IMG/VR virus record: IMGVR_UViG_3300029288_000057 | Span: 1-64,000 of that record | DNA from: a virus | Taxonomy: Duplodnaviria; Caudoviricetes | Length of the DNA stretch: 64,000 nt | Reading direction: 5' to 3' (one strand) | In this document: piece by piece, positions 1 through 10,413 of the stretch | Position numbering within the stretch: position 1 is the first letter of the stretch | Layout of the letters: the number at the start of each line of letters is the position of its first letter | Notes under the pieces: model-generated | Database searches by the model: none | What the model saw: only the letters and a program-made list of their open reading frames with translations | What the model was told of the DNA's origin: nothing | Made by a program: the position numbers and the translations under genes

Positions 1-653
1 AAAACCTTCAGTTTCTCAAATGAGTTATTTAAATATTGCGGAGAAATAAACTCTTTTCCTTCGCTGTCCACAAGAAATGTTCCCAAACCAAAATCGAATC
101 CAGCGATTTTACCCGTCTCGAATCCAACTTTTAATTTCATCTCCTGTTCCACAGAAAAAATGATATATATCTCTCCTTTGTGATTTCTTTTTACAGTTAA
201 GGTTTTTATATTCCCTTCGAAATCTCTGCTGTTAAAATATTTGTATTTCTTTTTATTTATGATGATTTCATTTTCCTTCTGGTCAAGCTTATATCCCGCC
301 TGCTTTAAAGTGAATGATTTATATTTATATCTGCTTTTAAACGATGGAGGAGAACATCTGACTTTCTTCTTTAAATTCGAGAAGAACAATTTATATGATT
401 TATCAAGGCGGTCTGTGATGTCTTGGATTGCCTGGGAACCCAAATCTTCCCATCTGGTCATATATCTGTGCTTAATCTTCGTCAGATGCTTCTGTAGGTC
501 ATATTTGCCGATATTCTTCTTATATAATTTATAATACCTGTTATATAAAGCAATACAATGGTTGTATACCTCGGAATATAATTCTATATCCTGAACCAAT
601 ACTTCGTTCTTGCGGCTATTATTATACAACTTGTATTTATATGACCTTATCAT
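1..653 (-). CDS. tnpB: IS200/IS605 TnpB RNA-guided endonuclease, 3' part beyond window edge
   Basis: Not in the ORF track. Manual translation from ATG at 653 (ATGA overlap with the tnpA stop): MIRSYKYKLYNN...LGSQAIQDITDRLDKSYKLFF...PPSFKS...YKSFTLKQAGYKL...IAGFDFGLGTF, i.e. TnpB N-terminus plus RuvC-I GxDxG motif; open to position 1. Confidence 0.92.
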   Translation of the reverse strand, partial: MIRSYKYKLYNNSRKNEVLVQDIELYSEVYNHCIALYNRYYKLYKKNIGKYDLQKHLTKIKHRYMTRWEDLGSQAIQDITDRLDKSYKLFFSNLKKKVRCSPPSFKSRYKYKSFTLKQAGYKLDQKENEIIINKKKYKYFNSRDFEGNIKTLTVKRNHKGEIYIIFSVEQEMKLKVGFETGKIAGFDFGLGTFLVDSEGKEFISPQYLNNSFEKLKV

Positions 654-1048
654 TTATTTTTTTGTTCTTCTATATATTTTTTTATTGCTGCTTCTGAAAT
701 ATGCCCGACAGATTCACAATAATAACTTCTTGTCCACAAGGTTGGCAGTTTGCTTTTTAAATGTGGGAACTCACCTCTTAATTCATGAGATGTATATCCC
801 TTTAATTGCTGAACGATGAAATGAGGACTGTCCACTGGGCTTGCCTTTATAAACAAATGAACGTGGTCTGGCATTATTCCCATGCGCTCAATTTTAATGC
901 CAATTTCTTTAGACTTACTTTCTAACAAAAAAAACAATCTGCTGCTTACTTCTCCTGTTAACACAGACCTCCTGTATTTAGGACACCAAATTAAATGATA
1001 TCCTATGTTATATACTGATTTGTTGCTATGTGTCCATCTTTTATTCAT
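650..1048 (-). CDS. tnpA: IS200/IS605 Y1 (HUH) transposase TnpA
   Basis: YHLIWCPKYRR, HUH motif DHVHLF, LWTRSYY, and C-terminal helix with the catalytic Tyr (KKYIEEQ). Confidence 0.97.
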   Translation of the reverse strand: MNKRWTHSNKSVYNIGYHLIWCPKYRRSVLTGEVSSRLFFLLESKSKEIGIKIERMGIMPDHVHLFIKASPVDSPHFIVQQLKGYTSHELRGEFPHLKSKLPTLWTRSYYCESVGHISEAAIKKYIEEQKNK

Positions 1049-1108
1049 AGTATTTCTCTGTCATTTGTATATAAATATAACAAAATTTTGTTTATTTAAC
1101 AAATATTT

Positions 1109-1137
1109 CGTAACTTTGTTTAAATATTTTCGTATAA
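1109..1137 (+). promoter_or_regulatory. Outward-facing class-2 promoter (CGTAAC-N16-CGTATAA) overlapping a host-type TTTG...TAACTTTG, inside the IS left end
   Basis: Motif and spacing match the class-2 copies elsewhere in the window. Confidence 0.55.
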
Positions 1138-2260
1138 ATTAACAAATTTAAGAAACATTAAGCCAATTCATCTCACAGCTAAAGCTCGTGGGCTTTCTTG
1201 GAAACTTATCGTAAACCATAGTTATGAACAACGACAAAAAAATAAACGGGCTTCAACATAAAATCTATGGTGAGATTTTAGATGAGCAAAAAAAGATTAC
1301 AAGGCATATTGATGCTGTAGAGCATGCAAGGATTGTTCGTGGAGCACTCAAAGAAAAATTCCCAGAGATAAAGTTTAGAGTACGAAGTAGTAGTTTTGCT
1401 GGCGGAAGCGCTGTAGATGTTTGGCATGTTGGCGGCAAGATAATTCACGTAAAGCATAAAGAAATAACAGAATTCGTAAGAAAATTTAATGGATACAGAG
1501 GGGACTTAATGGATAGCATTTATAATGTAGGATTCGAATGGAAAAACGAAAGATTATGTGGTGCGACCTTTTGTAGTTATCAAGGCGGAACAGATAAATA
1601 AAACATTTCTTTAATTTTATAGCATAACATCAAAAAATCAAACATATGGTATTCGGAACAACATACTGCAGCATATCTCACCTTCCCATTGAAGATGGTG
1701 ACAAATGTGTTTTAATTCCTTTGGGATTTAGAATGCAAAGTGACTTCAGCAGGGGAAATTATGCAGACATAAACTGTTTTGCCTATCTACACACATTCAT
1801 AGCAAGACCAGTCATTGTTAAATATGGGGGCAATTACTCCGAATGTAATTATTGGGAAACTACCGATTACCACAAAGCAGGAGAAGGATATCAGGATTAT
1901 GAAATGTATATGCTTGTCCATTATAAATTCTATCAAAAGATTCTTGAGAATTTTGATTTAGATTTCTTGAAGAAATCTGGAAGTTTGCCTTTGTTTAACA
2001 CTGTATATCCTTTGTGGGAGAAAGTGCAGAGCAATAAGAATCTTGTGCACTCTGGTTGGTCTTATAGGATGGGAAAAGGCGAGATAACAGCAGAAGAGCT
2101 TAAGAATCTTTTTCTTGAACATTCTCCAGAAGAATGGATTATTGAACTTTATAAAGTTGCTTGGTTCATGGGACAAATGGGAATTGCTCCGCATCCAACA
2201 TTCTGTAATGACCAGAATGAAACAGGCAAAATATATGAAAAAATGCGTAAAGAGTCTAAG

Positions 2261-2289
2261 TGAAACTTTTTGACAGTTTTCTCGTATAA
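2261..2289 (+). promoter_or_regulatory. Class-2 (ECF/SigW-like) promoter TGAAAC-N16-CGTATAA
   Basis: Exact motif just upstream of ORF 2313. Further + copies at 15965-15993, 18422-18450, 22732-22760 and 32747-32775, all with 16-nt spacers. Confidence 0.8.
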
Positions 2290-2312
2290 TAAGATATAAA
2301 AACTTTATTAAA

Positions 2313-2681
2313 ATGAGAAAGCCTGACAATAATTTCCCCGAAAAAAACGTGCTGCTTTTAAACCTTAAAAGCGAACCGTTTAAAGTAATGGTCACAGGTG
2401 AGAAAAAGATAGAATACCGTGAGGTAGGCCAGTGGATAAACTCTAGGCTCTTCGATAAAAACGGTAATCAAAAGAAGTGTGACTATGTTAAGTTTATACT
2501 TGGATATAGTGGCAAAAACCCATTCTTCTATGCGCCATTCCTTGGTGTTGAAAAAATAGAAAAAGCAGATGAAGAATACAGCAACGGCCTGTCTGTTAAA
2601 TTTAACAGTGAACGGTGGGGAATTAAATTGGGCGACCCCATTAAAATAGGAAACATGCGCTTAGAAGACGTGAAAAAATAA
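2313..2681 (+). CDS. ASCH-domain protein
   Basis: LLLNLKSEPFKVMVTGEKKIEYRE...W..RL...YVKFILGY matches the ASCH GxKxxExR signature. Confidence 0.8.
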   Translation: MRKPDNNFPEKNVLLLNLKSEPFKVMVTGEKKIEYREVGQWINSRLFDKNGNQKKCDYVKFILGYSGKNPFFYAPFLGVEKIEKADEEYSNGLSVKFNSERWGIKLGDPIKIGNMRLEDVKK

Positions 2682-2730
2682 TGCCGATAGACTTGCAGCT
2701 ATAAAAGAACTAACGATAAATTTTAATACA

Positions 2731-2925
2731 ATGGAAGAAATAACAATTTACAAATTTCAACTCGAAGCAATAAAAGAAGCTTTGCGAGTTACTGCTAATA
2801 TCCACGAAAGTAGGAATAAAGCAAAAGAAGGTAGAACGTGCCACGATAGGATGGTAGCACAGGCCGAAAAGTATGCTGAAAATGCTTTGAAAGGTGAAAA
2901 AGATGTTGAAGTACGGTATATGTAG
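2731..2925 (+). CDS. Hypothetical protein, paralog of 20355..20537
   Basis: Shared IYxFQ...I...LR.A / DR...Q....NAL pattern. Both copies are immediately followed by an attC-like site. Confidence 0.7.
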   Translation: MEEITIYKFQLEAIKEALRVTANIHESRNKAKEGRTCHDRMVAQAEKYAENALKGEKDVEVRYM

Positions 2926-2931
2926 TATTAC

Positions 2932-3051
2932 TGCTAACGTTTGCGTGTATGAAACGTTGTTTAATAAAACTTAATTTGGAATACAAAATTTAATAATATG
3001 GAAAATGTTAATTTGAAACAGAATAACAATGTTTTATACACGCTGTTATGT
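2932..3051 (+). repeat. attC-like hairpin site 1
   Basis: TGCTAAC ... GTTATGT ends; arms GCGTGTATGAAACGTTGTT (2943-2961) and AACAATGTTTTATACACGC (3025-3043). Confidence 0.7.
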
Positions 3052-3237
3052 GCTGTAAATTTTAGATTTAAGAAATACATAAATAAACTTTCAAATAGAA
3101 TTAAATGTGAGCATAATCAATATCAAGACATATATTGTAATGGCACTGGTTTATTTATGTATGGGAGATGTATTAATTGTGGTAAAAAGCGATATTGGAG
3201 TAATTAGTTTATAGCACATAACAAGAATTTCTATTCA

Positions 3238-3270
3238 AAAGTCCCCACCCAAAATGGGGACTTTTTTTTA
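3238..3270 (+). terminator. Intrinsic terminator
   Basis: AAAGTCCCCA-loop-TGGGGACTTTTTTTT. Confidence 0.85.
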
Positions 3271-3280
3271 CTATTTATAG
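3271..3280 (+). promoter_or_regulatory. Class-3 (putative late) motif CTATTTATAG
   Basis: Identical 10-mer just upstream of ORFs at 3296, 35883 (35873), 37815 (37783) and 52026 (52003); variant at 36561. Confidence 0.6.
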
Positions 3281-3295
3281 GAAATTTCTATTCCT

Positions 3296-3733
3296 ATGAA
3301 AAATCTACTTAGAAAAACCATAAGACAAATTATATCCGAGGCCATTGAAATGGATACAGTTAAGTTAACTCAGGAAGATTTAGTTGAAGTCCTTAAAGGA
3401 TATTTAACAGGAGCTATCTGGACAGAAGGCGAAACCACAGACAAATTCACCATCGACGACCTTAGCGAAGACTCTCAGATACAAGCCTATATAGACATTA
3501 AAGAATTTATTAAAAATGCTGGAGAGGATGCAGTTTCCGAAGCTGTAGAAGAACACGGACTCTCACACTTGGGAATGGACATTTGGCTCACAAGAAACAG
3601 CCATGGAGCAGGGTTCTTCGACCACAGTTATGAGCATGAAGATGAACTTATGAAAGCTGCTCATGATTTGAAAGGTGTTGAATTGTATGTTGGAGACGAT
3701 AATGAATTACATTTCTCAAACTCCCATATGTAA
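3296..3733 (+). CDS. Hypothetical acidic protein with LRKTIRQIISE N-terminal motif (candidate internal head protein)
   Basis: N-terminal motif shared with neighbours; body contains a GxDxWLTRNxHGAGFxD motif. Confidence 0.65.
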   Translation: MKNLLRKTIRQIISEAIEMDTVKLTQEDLVEVLKGYLTGAIWTEGETTDKFTIDDLSEDSQIQAYIDIKEFIKNAGEDAVSEAVEEHGLSHLGMDIWLTRNSHGAGFFDHSYEHEDELMKAAHDLKGVELYVGDDNELHFSNSHM

Positions 3734-3742
3734 AATTATTGC

Positions 3743-4411
3743 ATGAATCCTCTCAGACTCTACATAAGGAAAATTATAAAGGAATCCTTTGAAAATCCGA
3801 CTTTACAATTGCCAACAGTGATTATAAATAAAGTTTTTCATGTTGGGAGTTTGGATTTAAATAAAAAGTCAAAATTTTCATTAGAAGGAAGTGGTTTGTC
3901 TGTTTCAGTTAACCCAGATGAGTGGAGAAGCATAGCACAATTGGAAAATGAAGACTTATACACGCTAGTCAAAAGGGGTGGAACATTTATAAATGCTCAC
4001 AAGTTAAAGAAAGTACAAAAGAATGATATAGTCCAGTGGGGTGTGGATAATGGATATGTTTTACAAGAAGAAACATTCCGTGTTTATTATTATGATGAAG
4101 AATTAGAACAAGAAGTATATTCTGAATTCCCAACGTATGAAGAGGCAGAACAAGAGGCAGATGATGTTAATGATATAAAAACAAATAAGGGTGGTATTAA
4201 ACCAACTGAAAAATTAAAATCCGATACAAAACAAAGCACAATAGATACTTCACAAACTTTTGATTTGCTATTAACAATATATGCTGAAATGAACACAAAT
4301 TTTGATGGAGTTTGGTGGAAGGATGCGTTAGATGTGTCAAAATACTCAGCTCCAAGAGGAGTGATTTTCAATTCAAAATTAAATGAGTGGACAATATCAA
4401 AAAACAATTAA
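3743..4411 (+). CDS. Hypothetical protein with MNPLRLYIRKIIKE N-terminal motif
   Basis: ORF track; first ~35 nt nearly identical to those of the gene starting at 4413. Confidence 0.7.
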   Translation: MNPLRLYIRKIIKESFENPTLQLPTVIINKVFHVGSLDLNKKSKFSLEGSGLSVSVNPDEWRSIAQLENEDLYTLVKRGGTFINAHKLKKVQKNDIVQWGVDNGYVLQEETFRVYYYDEELEQEVYSEFPTYEEAEQEADDVNDIKTNKGGIKPTEKLKSDTKQSTIDTSQTFDLLLTIYAEMNTNFDGVWWKDALDVSKYSAPRGVIFNSKLNEWTISKNN

Positions 4412-4412
4412 C

Positions 4413-5398
4413 ATGAATCCCCTCAGACTATACATAAGGAGAATTATATCTGAAGCTTTGCTAAAAGAGGACCCAGATAACGTTTATCTTCCAAAAGAAC
4501 ACATTCGCTTGGGGTCACTGAAGGATGGGGCTGTTCCATTTGGATATTATAAAGGCGGGTTGTATATAGGATATGTGGAAAAATGGCACAATTCCGTCTT
4601 AAGGAGATATGACGTAATAAAATCTGATAATAGCTATGATTATGATGTGGTGCTTGATAAGGCTGGAAGAATGTGGCCTGATATTAAAATCATAAGCTTT
4701 TGGCAAATCCCCACCGTGCTTGAATTAAAGGAATTTATTAAAGATTGGAACAGTGAAAAAGAATATAATTATAATATCACAATTGACGGTTCCTGGTACA
4801 TGGAAATCCCAAACAGAGGAACAAGGTTCGGTCAGCTGGTAAAGCTGAAAGATTATAAAGGATGTAAATATAAAACCTGGCTAGAATTTCAAAAGGAAAC
4901 TATGAAAATGGTTGATAATGGATGGGAAAGGAAAAAAGAAATGTATGAAGATATTGACCAATCCAAAACGAACAAACACGTAGAAATTGATTCCCAGCAC
5001 TTTCCGCTTTTAATGAAACTACAAGGCGAAATTAAAGGCAAATACCCCCATGTTAACCATGGGGGATGCTATGAGTTCGCCAGGGCTTTACATGCCATTA
5101 CGGGGCTTCCCTATATGCTTATTTTTGATTCTGGACTCTCTGAACAAGACCCCCAATTCATGTCATGATTAAATTGCCCGATGGAAGATTGTTCGACGGG
5201 GACGGAATTAAAACAGAAGACCAGGTGGAAGAATATTATGGGGACGATATCGAAGGAGACGAATTGGTATTTGTAACAGATAGCGATGGTTCTATTGTCA
5301 ATAGACATGGGAGTGAAATGGGCAGCGGATTGTTCACGCATTGTCATAAAGACAGCTATGACGATATCTATAACATTATGAAAAATTATTTCATATAA
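4413..5398 (+). pseudogene. MNPLRLYIRRIISE-type protein with C-terminal Cys-His-Asp domain, split by a 1-nt frameshift at the C run 5150-5154
   Basis: Adding one C joins HGGCYEFARALH...DP to PIHVMIKLPDGRLFDGDG of ORF 5165..5398. Confidence 0.6.
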
Positions 5399-5401
5399 TA
5401 C

Positions 5402-5432
5402 TTGCCTCGTATTAAAACTTTTCTTACCTTTG
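5402..5432 (+). promoter_or_regulatory. Bacteroidota housekeeping-sigma promoter (TTG...TACCTTTG)
   Basis: -33/-7 consensus TTTG/TAnnTTTG. Others at 26549-26580 (+), 35735-35765 (-) and 48514-48545 (-). Confidence 0.7.
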
Positions 5433-7241
5433 GGAAAATTTAAAATTCCCAATATATGAAAAAAGAAACAAACCCCAACGAAGGATTTCTTAATGAATCA
5501 GGTTTGGAATTCCAAGACATAAGTTCTGAAATGGAACGTGAATACGGATTCCCAAATGGTCAAAGATTATTAATCGGCAAACCTCTCTTTCTTAATGTAA
5601 GCAAAAGCGGCGGACACAGGCTATATACAGAAGATGGCTGGTGTTACTACGTTCAACCAAAAGATGGTTGGTGGATTAAGTGGAGACCACGTGAAGGTAA
5701 ACCTGCGTTTGTTAAATAAACCTCAGAACATGGAAAAAGTTATGAATAAAAAACTTATAAATGGATTAATTAAAAAAACATATAAACATGGAAAAACATA
5801 AAATAATTGAGTATTACAAGCGACTGTTGGCCGAAATTAAATCAGAAGACAAAATCGTTGGAACAGATAGGGTTTATGGAGCACAGTACGTTAAACTAGA
5901 GCACGATTCCCTTCCAAAATGTCTCCTGCAAGGAACTTGGGAAGACGAACTTCTAGTTTATTCTCTTGGCAACAAATATTGCCGCACGAAAGTCACAGAA
6001 GAAGAGTTTAATTGCTTGCTTAAAGAAGCTAAAGAGAGAATAGAAGAGCTTAAAAAGGCGCAGGAACAAAGGATGATTGATTTTATAGAAAAGAAATTTT
6101 AACATTAAAAAAATACAAATATGGAAAACAACAGAAGAGCTCCGAGAAAAATCTTTACAGTACTCATTAGAGACAAAGAATATGATGTTTTTGATTTTGA
6201 TGGGAAAGAGCACGAAGGATACAACGATACACCCAAAACCTGGTGGCTTTATTTTTCAGACAGACTGCCAAATGAAACCATCCCCCCATGTGATAGCGAG
6301 AATTGGAGACCGTATTGTGTGGGAACACTTAGAAGAGTGTGGGAAATAAAAATTAAACAACGTAACACCACTAAAGAGAAATGGAACAGAACTCAATTTA
6401 ACAATTCCATAAATGTTGAAATGTGGTGTAATGGAAAATTAATATATGAATTCACCTCTGGTGGAACTTACCTTGATTTTGCGATGGCAAAGATTCAATA
6501 TTTGCAAACAATAATGGGAGAACATCCATACAACTTTTTTGAACCTGAGAAAGAAAATGGAAGAAAGATATGTTGGTACGGGCTTCCCGCAACAATTAAA
6601 GTAAAGTCAAATACATGGGAAGTGGCAATTATACCTGACTATACAGCAGGGATTAACAAAGAAGATTGGTGGAAGGAATATGCAATAAAAACATCAAAAC
6701 ATTCAAAACCTGATGAGTTTGATGAACAAGATAAAGAAGAATTTATAAACTCCAAAGAAAACGATTATATAAATTGGGGAGATGCAATGTCTGATGGAAA
6801 CATTTATTGGTTTAGAAAAGCATAAATAAAATCGTTATGGAAAAACTATGCGGATGCAATGAGTCCTGTTTTAAAGTGGGAAAAATGTGGGGACATTTCG
6901 AAGGTGTTATGTGTCACTTCCTTGAAGAAATATTCGACGTAAACAATGGAGAGTGTAAGAGTTTTTGCGAAAAAACTGGTGAGAAAGTTAAAGTCTATAC
7001 CACCAAAGAGCAATACAAAGAAGTTAAAAGTGAAATTTAAAAAGGAAAAGCAATGGTAACAACAACAAGAGCAGAAAGAGTGCATGAGCTCACCGTTAAA
7101 ATATTTCGTATCATTTTAGAGGAAAGCAACGGATATGAAAAAGAAGAAATTGTTAAAAGAAAACTTGCTGAAGATTGCGCTTCTTCTGATTACTTCGAAA
7201 AGGTTTCCACTCTTGTAAAAAAATATATTAAATAAGAAGAC

Positions 7242-8072
7242 ATGAACGAAAAAATAAAAATGTTTGCAGAGATAATGCAAGAAAAGCTAGACAAAAATAA
7301 ATTCAAGGAATGTCCTGTAATGAATCCCCATGGTACAGGACGCAAATGGAAACATTGTCCAGACGTATATCTCTTTCGCAGATTGTTAGAAGAGTTTTGT
7401 GAAATGCAAAAGTCTATATGGGATGGAGAAAGTTCTGATAAAATAGCCAGAGAATGCGCAGATATAGCAAATTTTGCCATGATGATTGCTGATAACAATG
7501 GGGGATTAGAACCAGTCAAAAAAGCCGCAGAGGTTCCCGATGTAGTAGATGAATTCTATGACAAATTAATGAATGGAAAACCAAGTAAAGCAAAATATAA
7601 AATAATAGCGCTGCCAATTGATAGAGATGCCCAAAAGAAAGACGTATTAAAATCATTAAAAGATGCTCCATCATTAAATATTAAAATTGGAGACATGGGT
7701 TTTGCCTCACAAGAAATAATAGTTAAAGATTTTTGGCAACCACAACAGGTAGTTGTTCTTTCTAATAGCATTGAGGTAAAAGAAAGAGATGATGTCGTAT
7801 ATCAAAGTAGACAAGGATTAAGAATTCTGCAGAACATAAGTGTTCATTTGTTAAAATTATACAAAGAAATTCCAGAATTTAACCCAAGAAAAATAATTGC
7901 TGCTTATCCTGAAATTAACATTTTAAATGGAAAGTTGCCCACAATCAACGAAGAATTTTTGCTTGAATGGGTGAGTAATCCTGTTGATGAAATAGAAGTT
8001 GAAACAGATTTAGGCTTTCCTAGAATCACCGAAAATAATGAAATTGTTTGTTCTATTCCATTTCATTCATAA
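7242..8072 (+). CDS. N-terminal MazG-like helical domain fused to a domain paralogous to 8038..8895
   Basis: LLEEFCE...ECADIANFAMMIAD resembles the all-alpha NTP pyrophosphatase EExxE/ExxD motifs. C-terminal KIIALPI..WQPQQV..KIIAAYP..EF..EW is shared with the next ORF. Confidence 0.5.
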   Translation: MNEKIKMFAEIMQEKLDKNKFKECPVMNPHGTGRKWKHCPDVYLFRRLLEEFCEMQKSIWDGESSDKIARECADIANFAMMIADNNGGLEPVKKAAEVPDVVDEFYDKLMNGKPSKAKYKIIALPIDRDAQKKDVLKSLKDAPSLNIKIGDMGFASQEIIVKDFWQPQQVVVLSNSIEVKERDDVVYQSRQGLRILQNISVHLLKLYKEIPEFNPRKIIAAYPEINILNGKLPTINEEFLLEWVSNPVDEIEVETDLGFPRITENNEIVCSIPFHS

Positions 8073-8917
8073 AATTAATAAATCTATGAAACATAAAATT
8101 ATAATTTTACCTATCGTTGATAGAAATATAATAGTAGGTGATGTAGGAAAATGCATAATGGATTATTGGGATAATCTTTGGACAAATAAAAATGAAATCT
8201 CCATAATCGAGAATGCAGGCAATCAATTTGACATATATTGGAAGCCCCAACAAGTAATCATTGTAAGCGAAGATGGGGTAGAAAGCGGAGATGTTTATTT
8301 GGCAGATGATGGTACTATTAAAGAGTGCGTGGACGAAAGTGATGTTAATTATCTTTCTTCTAAGCCAGAGCTAAAGATTATTGCCGTCTATCCTTATATA
8401 AATAGTTGGCTTTGGCTGCCAGTTATCAGCAAAGAGTTTATACAAGAGTGGATTGATGCAAAATGTCCTGATGAAGTAGAAGTTGAATATTTTCCCTATG
8501 CTTATACGAGTACCGAACCACCGTTTCCTAAACTAAAAATTACAGGCAACAATGAAGTAGTTTGTAGTATTATTAAAAGCAATACTAAACCTGTTGTTTT
8601 CAGAAGAGCTATTATGGTTGATGCAGAAACAGGGGAAAGAAAGTTTGAAAATGCCGAGTCCAAACCAACCATTGAAGAAGCCGCAGAAGACCTACAAATT
8701 TCTACTATTGTTTACATTAATAAAGAAATTCAAAGACTAATGGTTGAATTTGCCAAGTCTGATGCTGCTGAGGATTACCACAAACCCATTTGGTACGATA
8801 AGTTATATAAAAAACTTTGTGATATAAAATATGGTAGAATGACTCTGGATGAATATATGTTGGAAATTAAAAATAAATTAGAAAAGAATAAATAACCTAA
8901 AATAAAATATATTAATT

Positions 8918-9667
8918 ATGGAAAAAATGAAAATTAAAAATGGAGAAACCCGCACCACCTATCTTTGTGAAGTCGAAGGTCACTCTTACGTTCGCACTCT
9001 AATTGTTTGGAATGATAATAGACCAAATTCAATAAGCTGGCATCTGAATGAAGATACGCAAGATGGACAAACCTATCTTGATGATTGGAAATTAGAACAA
9101 CTGTTCTTATTGGGAAAAGAACTCAAAAGCGAATGTTATGTTTTAACAGATAGAGGTGAAAGTGGTAAAATATTTGTCACCTTCGACCCAGTATGTTCTA
9201 TAGAAATTCAAGAAGAAGGGAACTTTCTTATGCAAATAGCAGAATACATTGATGATTCTGGTTTTTTGGCAAAAAAGAAAAAAACAGAAATAGAGGCAGC
9301 AAAAGAAGAACTGGAACGTGACGAGTGTGACAAGTGTAGCAAGGAAGAACCATATCGCATTGGTAGGGAAATAGATTCTGTTGACTTAAGACAAGTTTTC
9401 GAAAAAGCTATTGGTTTTATTGGAGAACATTTTTGCAAAACAAGCATTTCTGATAGTTTTGTAAAAATAATTTTTCCAACAGAGCTTTCTTATGAGTCTG
9501 AGCTTCGTTTATACCAAGGATTTAATACGTCATCGCCGCCGCACATTTCTTTTATTTCTTTAACCCAAGACATATCAGAAAAAGAATTCAAAGAGCTTCA
9601 TGACAGAGCGGAGGCGGCAATAAGAAAAAGGGATATTTATGTAATAAAAAAGGTTTTGAAAAATTAA
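8918..9667 (+). CDS. Hypothetical protein, modular paralog family C
   Basis: CEVEGHSYVRTL, CYVLTD..IFVTFD and FEKAIGFIG..SLTQDI..EF..LHDRA modules shared with 27361..28290 and 30211..31527. Confidence 0.75.
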   Translation: MEKMKIKNGETRTTYLCEVEGHSYVRTLIVWNDNRPNSISWHLNEDTQDGQTYLDDWKLEQLFLLGKELKSECYVLTDRGESGKIFVTFDPVCSIEIQEEGNFLMQIAEYIDDSGFLAKKKKTEIEAAKEELERDECDKCSKEEPYRIGREIDSVDLRQVFEKAIGFIGEHFCKTSISDSFVKIIFPTELSYESELRLYQGFNTSSPPHISFISLTQDISEKEFKELHDRAEAAIRKRDIYVIKKVLKN

Positions 9668-10289
9668 AAACACACTACATGTACAAAAGTTTTAAAAACA
9701 AACGAAATATTTTCTATAAATAAACGTAGATTTAGCGAATACCAGGGATGTTAATAATTTATAATATATGGAAAAGAGTTGCACGGCATTGGTGGTAGAT
9801 TTAAGCGAATTGACCAAGGTTTGCGGATATTTTAATCCAGATACCCCTGTCAACAATTCCTACGGATGTAATCATCCTGACTGTGAAGAGAAAGAAATAG
9901 TAAGAATTTGTAAAGATGACGAACATGAAAGATTCCCCAAAAACATTGAACAAAGAATATTGTTTATTTCATTAAGAAAGAAATATGGAAGCTGGAAAAA
10001 CATTGAAAGGGTTATAAATACAGATGAAGGTAAAATTTTTGCTGATAACATTAGATATCATAAGATTCATGAGCCTGATTTTATATCCCAATTTGGATGT
10101 AAACTGCAGGGAAAATGTTATTCTTTTTCATGTCCAATTGCAAGTGAATGTGATTTGGAAGATTTGAAAAATCATGATACTTATTTATACAATGAATGGA
10201 GGGATTCAGATTATGCCCCTTCTGAAGGGGGAGCAGAACTTATGCTGATTACTGATGAAAAGTTAATCGAAGCACTTTCGTAGCATTGC

Positions 10290-10413
10290 CTATAACGGTT
10301 GCGTGTAAGGCACGTTGCTTACATGAAAATAAAATAGAATTGTAAATTTAATATATGAAGTAAAATGGGGAAATACAAAGAACGAAAACAATGTCCTATA
10401 CACGATGTTAGCA
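10290..10413 (+). repeat. attC-like hairpin site 2
   Basis: CTATAAC...GTTAGCA ends; arms CGTGTAAGGCACGTTG / CAATGTCCTATACACG; clearly related in sequence to site 1. Confidence 0.7.

Larger units (their letters stand above)
1..1210 (-). mobile_element. IS605-group insertion sequence (tnpA+tnpB); left end at ~1210, right end outside window
   Basis: Minus strand reads TTAC|GATAAGTTTCCAAG-AAAG-CCCACGAGCTTTAGCTGTGAG-ATGAATTG: TTAC target tetramer (1211-1214), AAAG guide and subterminal hairpin arranged as in the IS608 left end. Confidence 0.85.

Noticed and set aside
241-819. + strand ORFs 241..534 and 610..819
   Set aside because: Antisense shadows of tnpB and tnpA.
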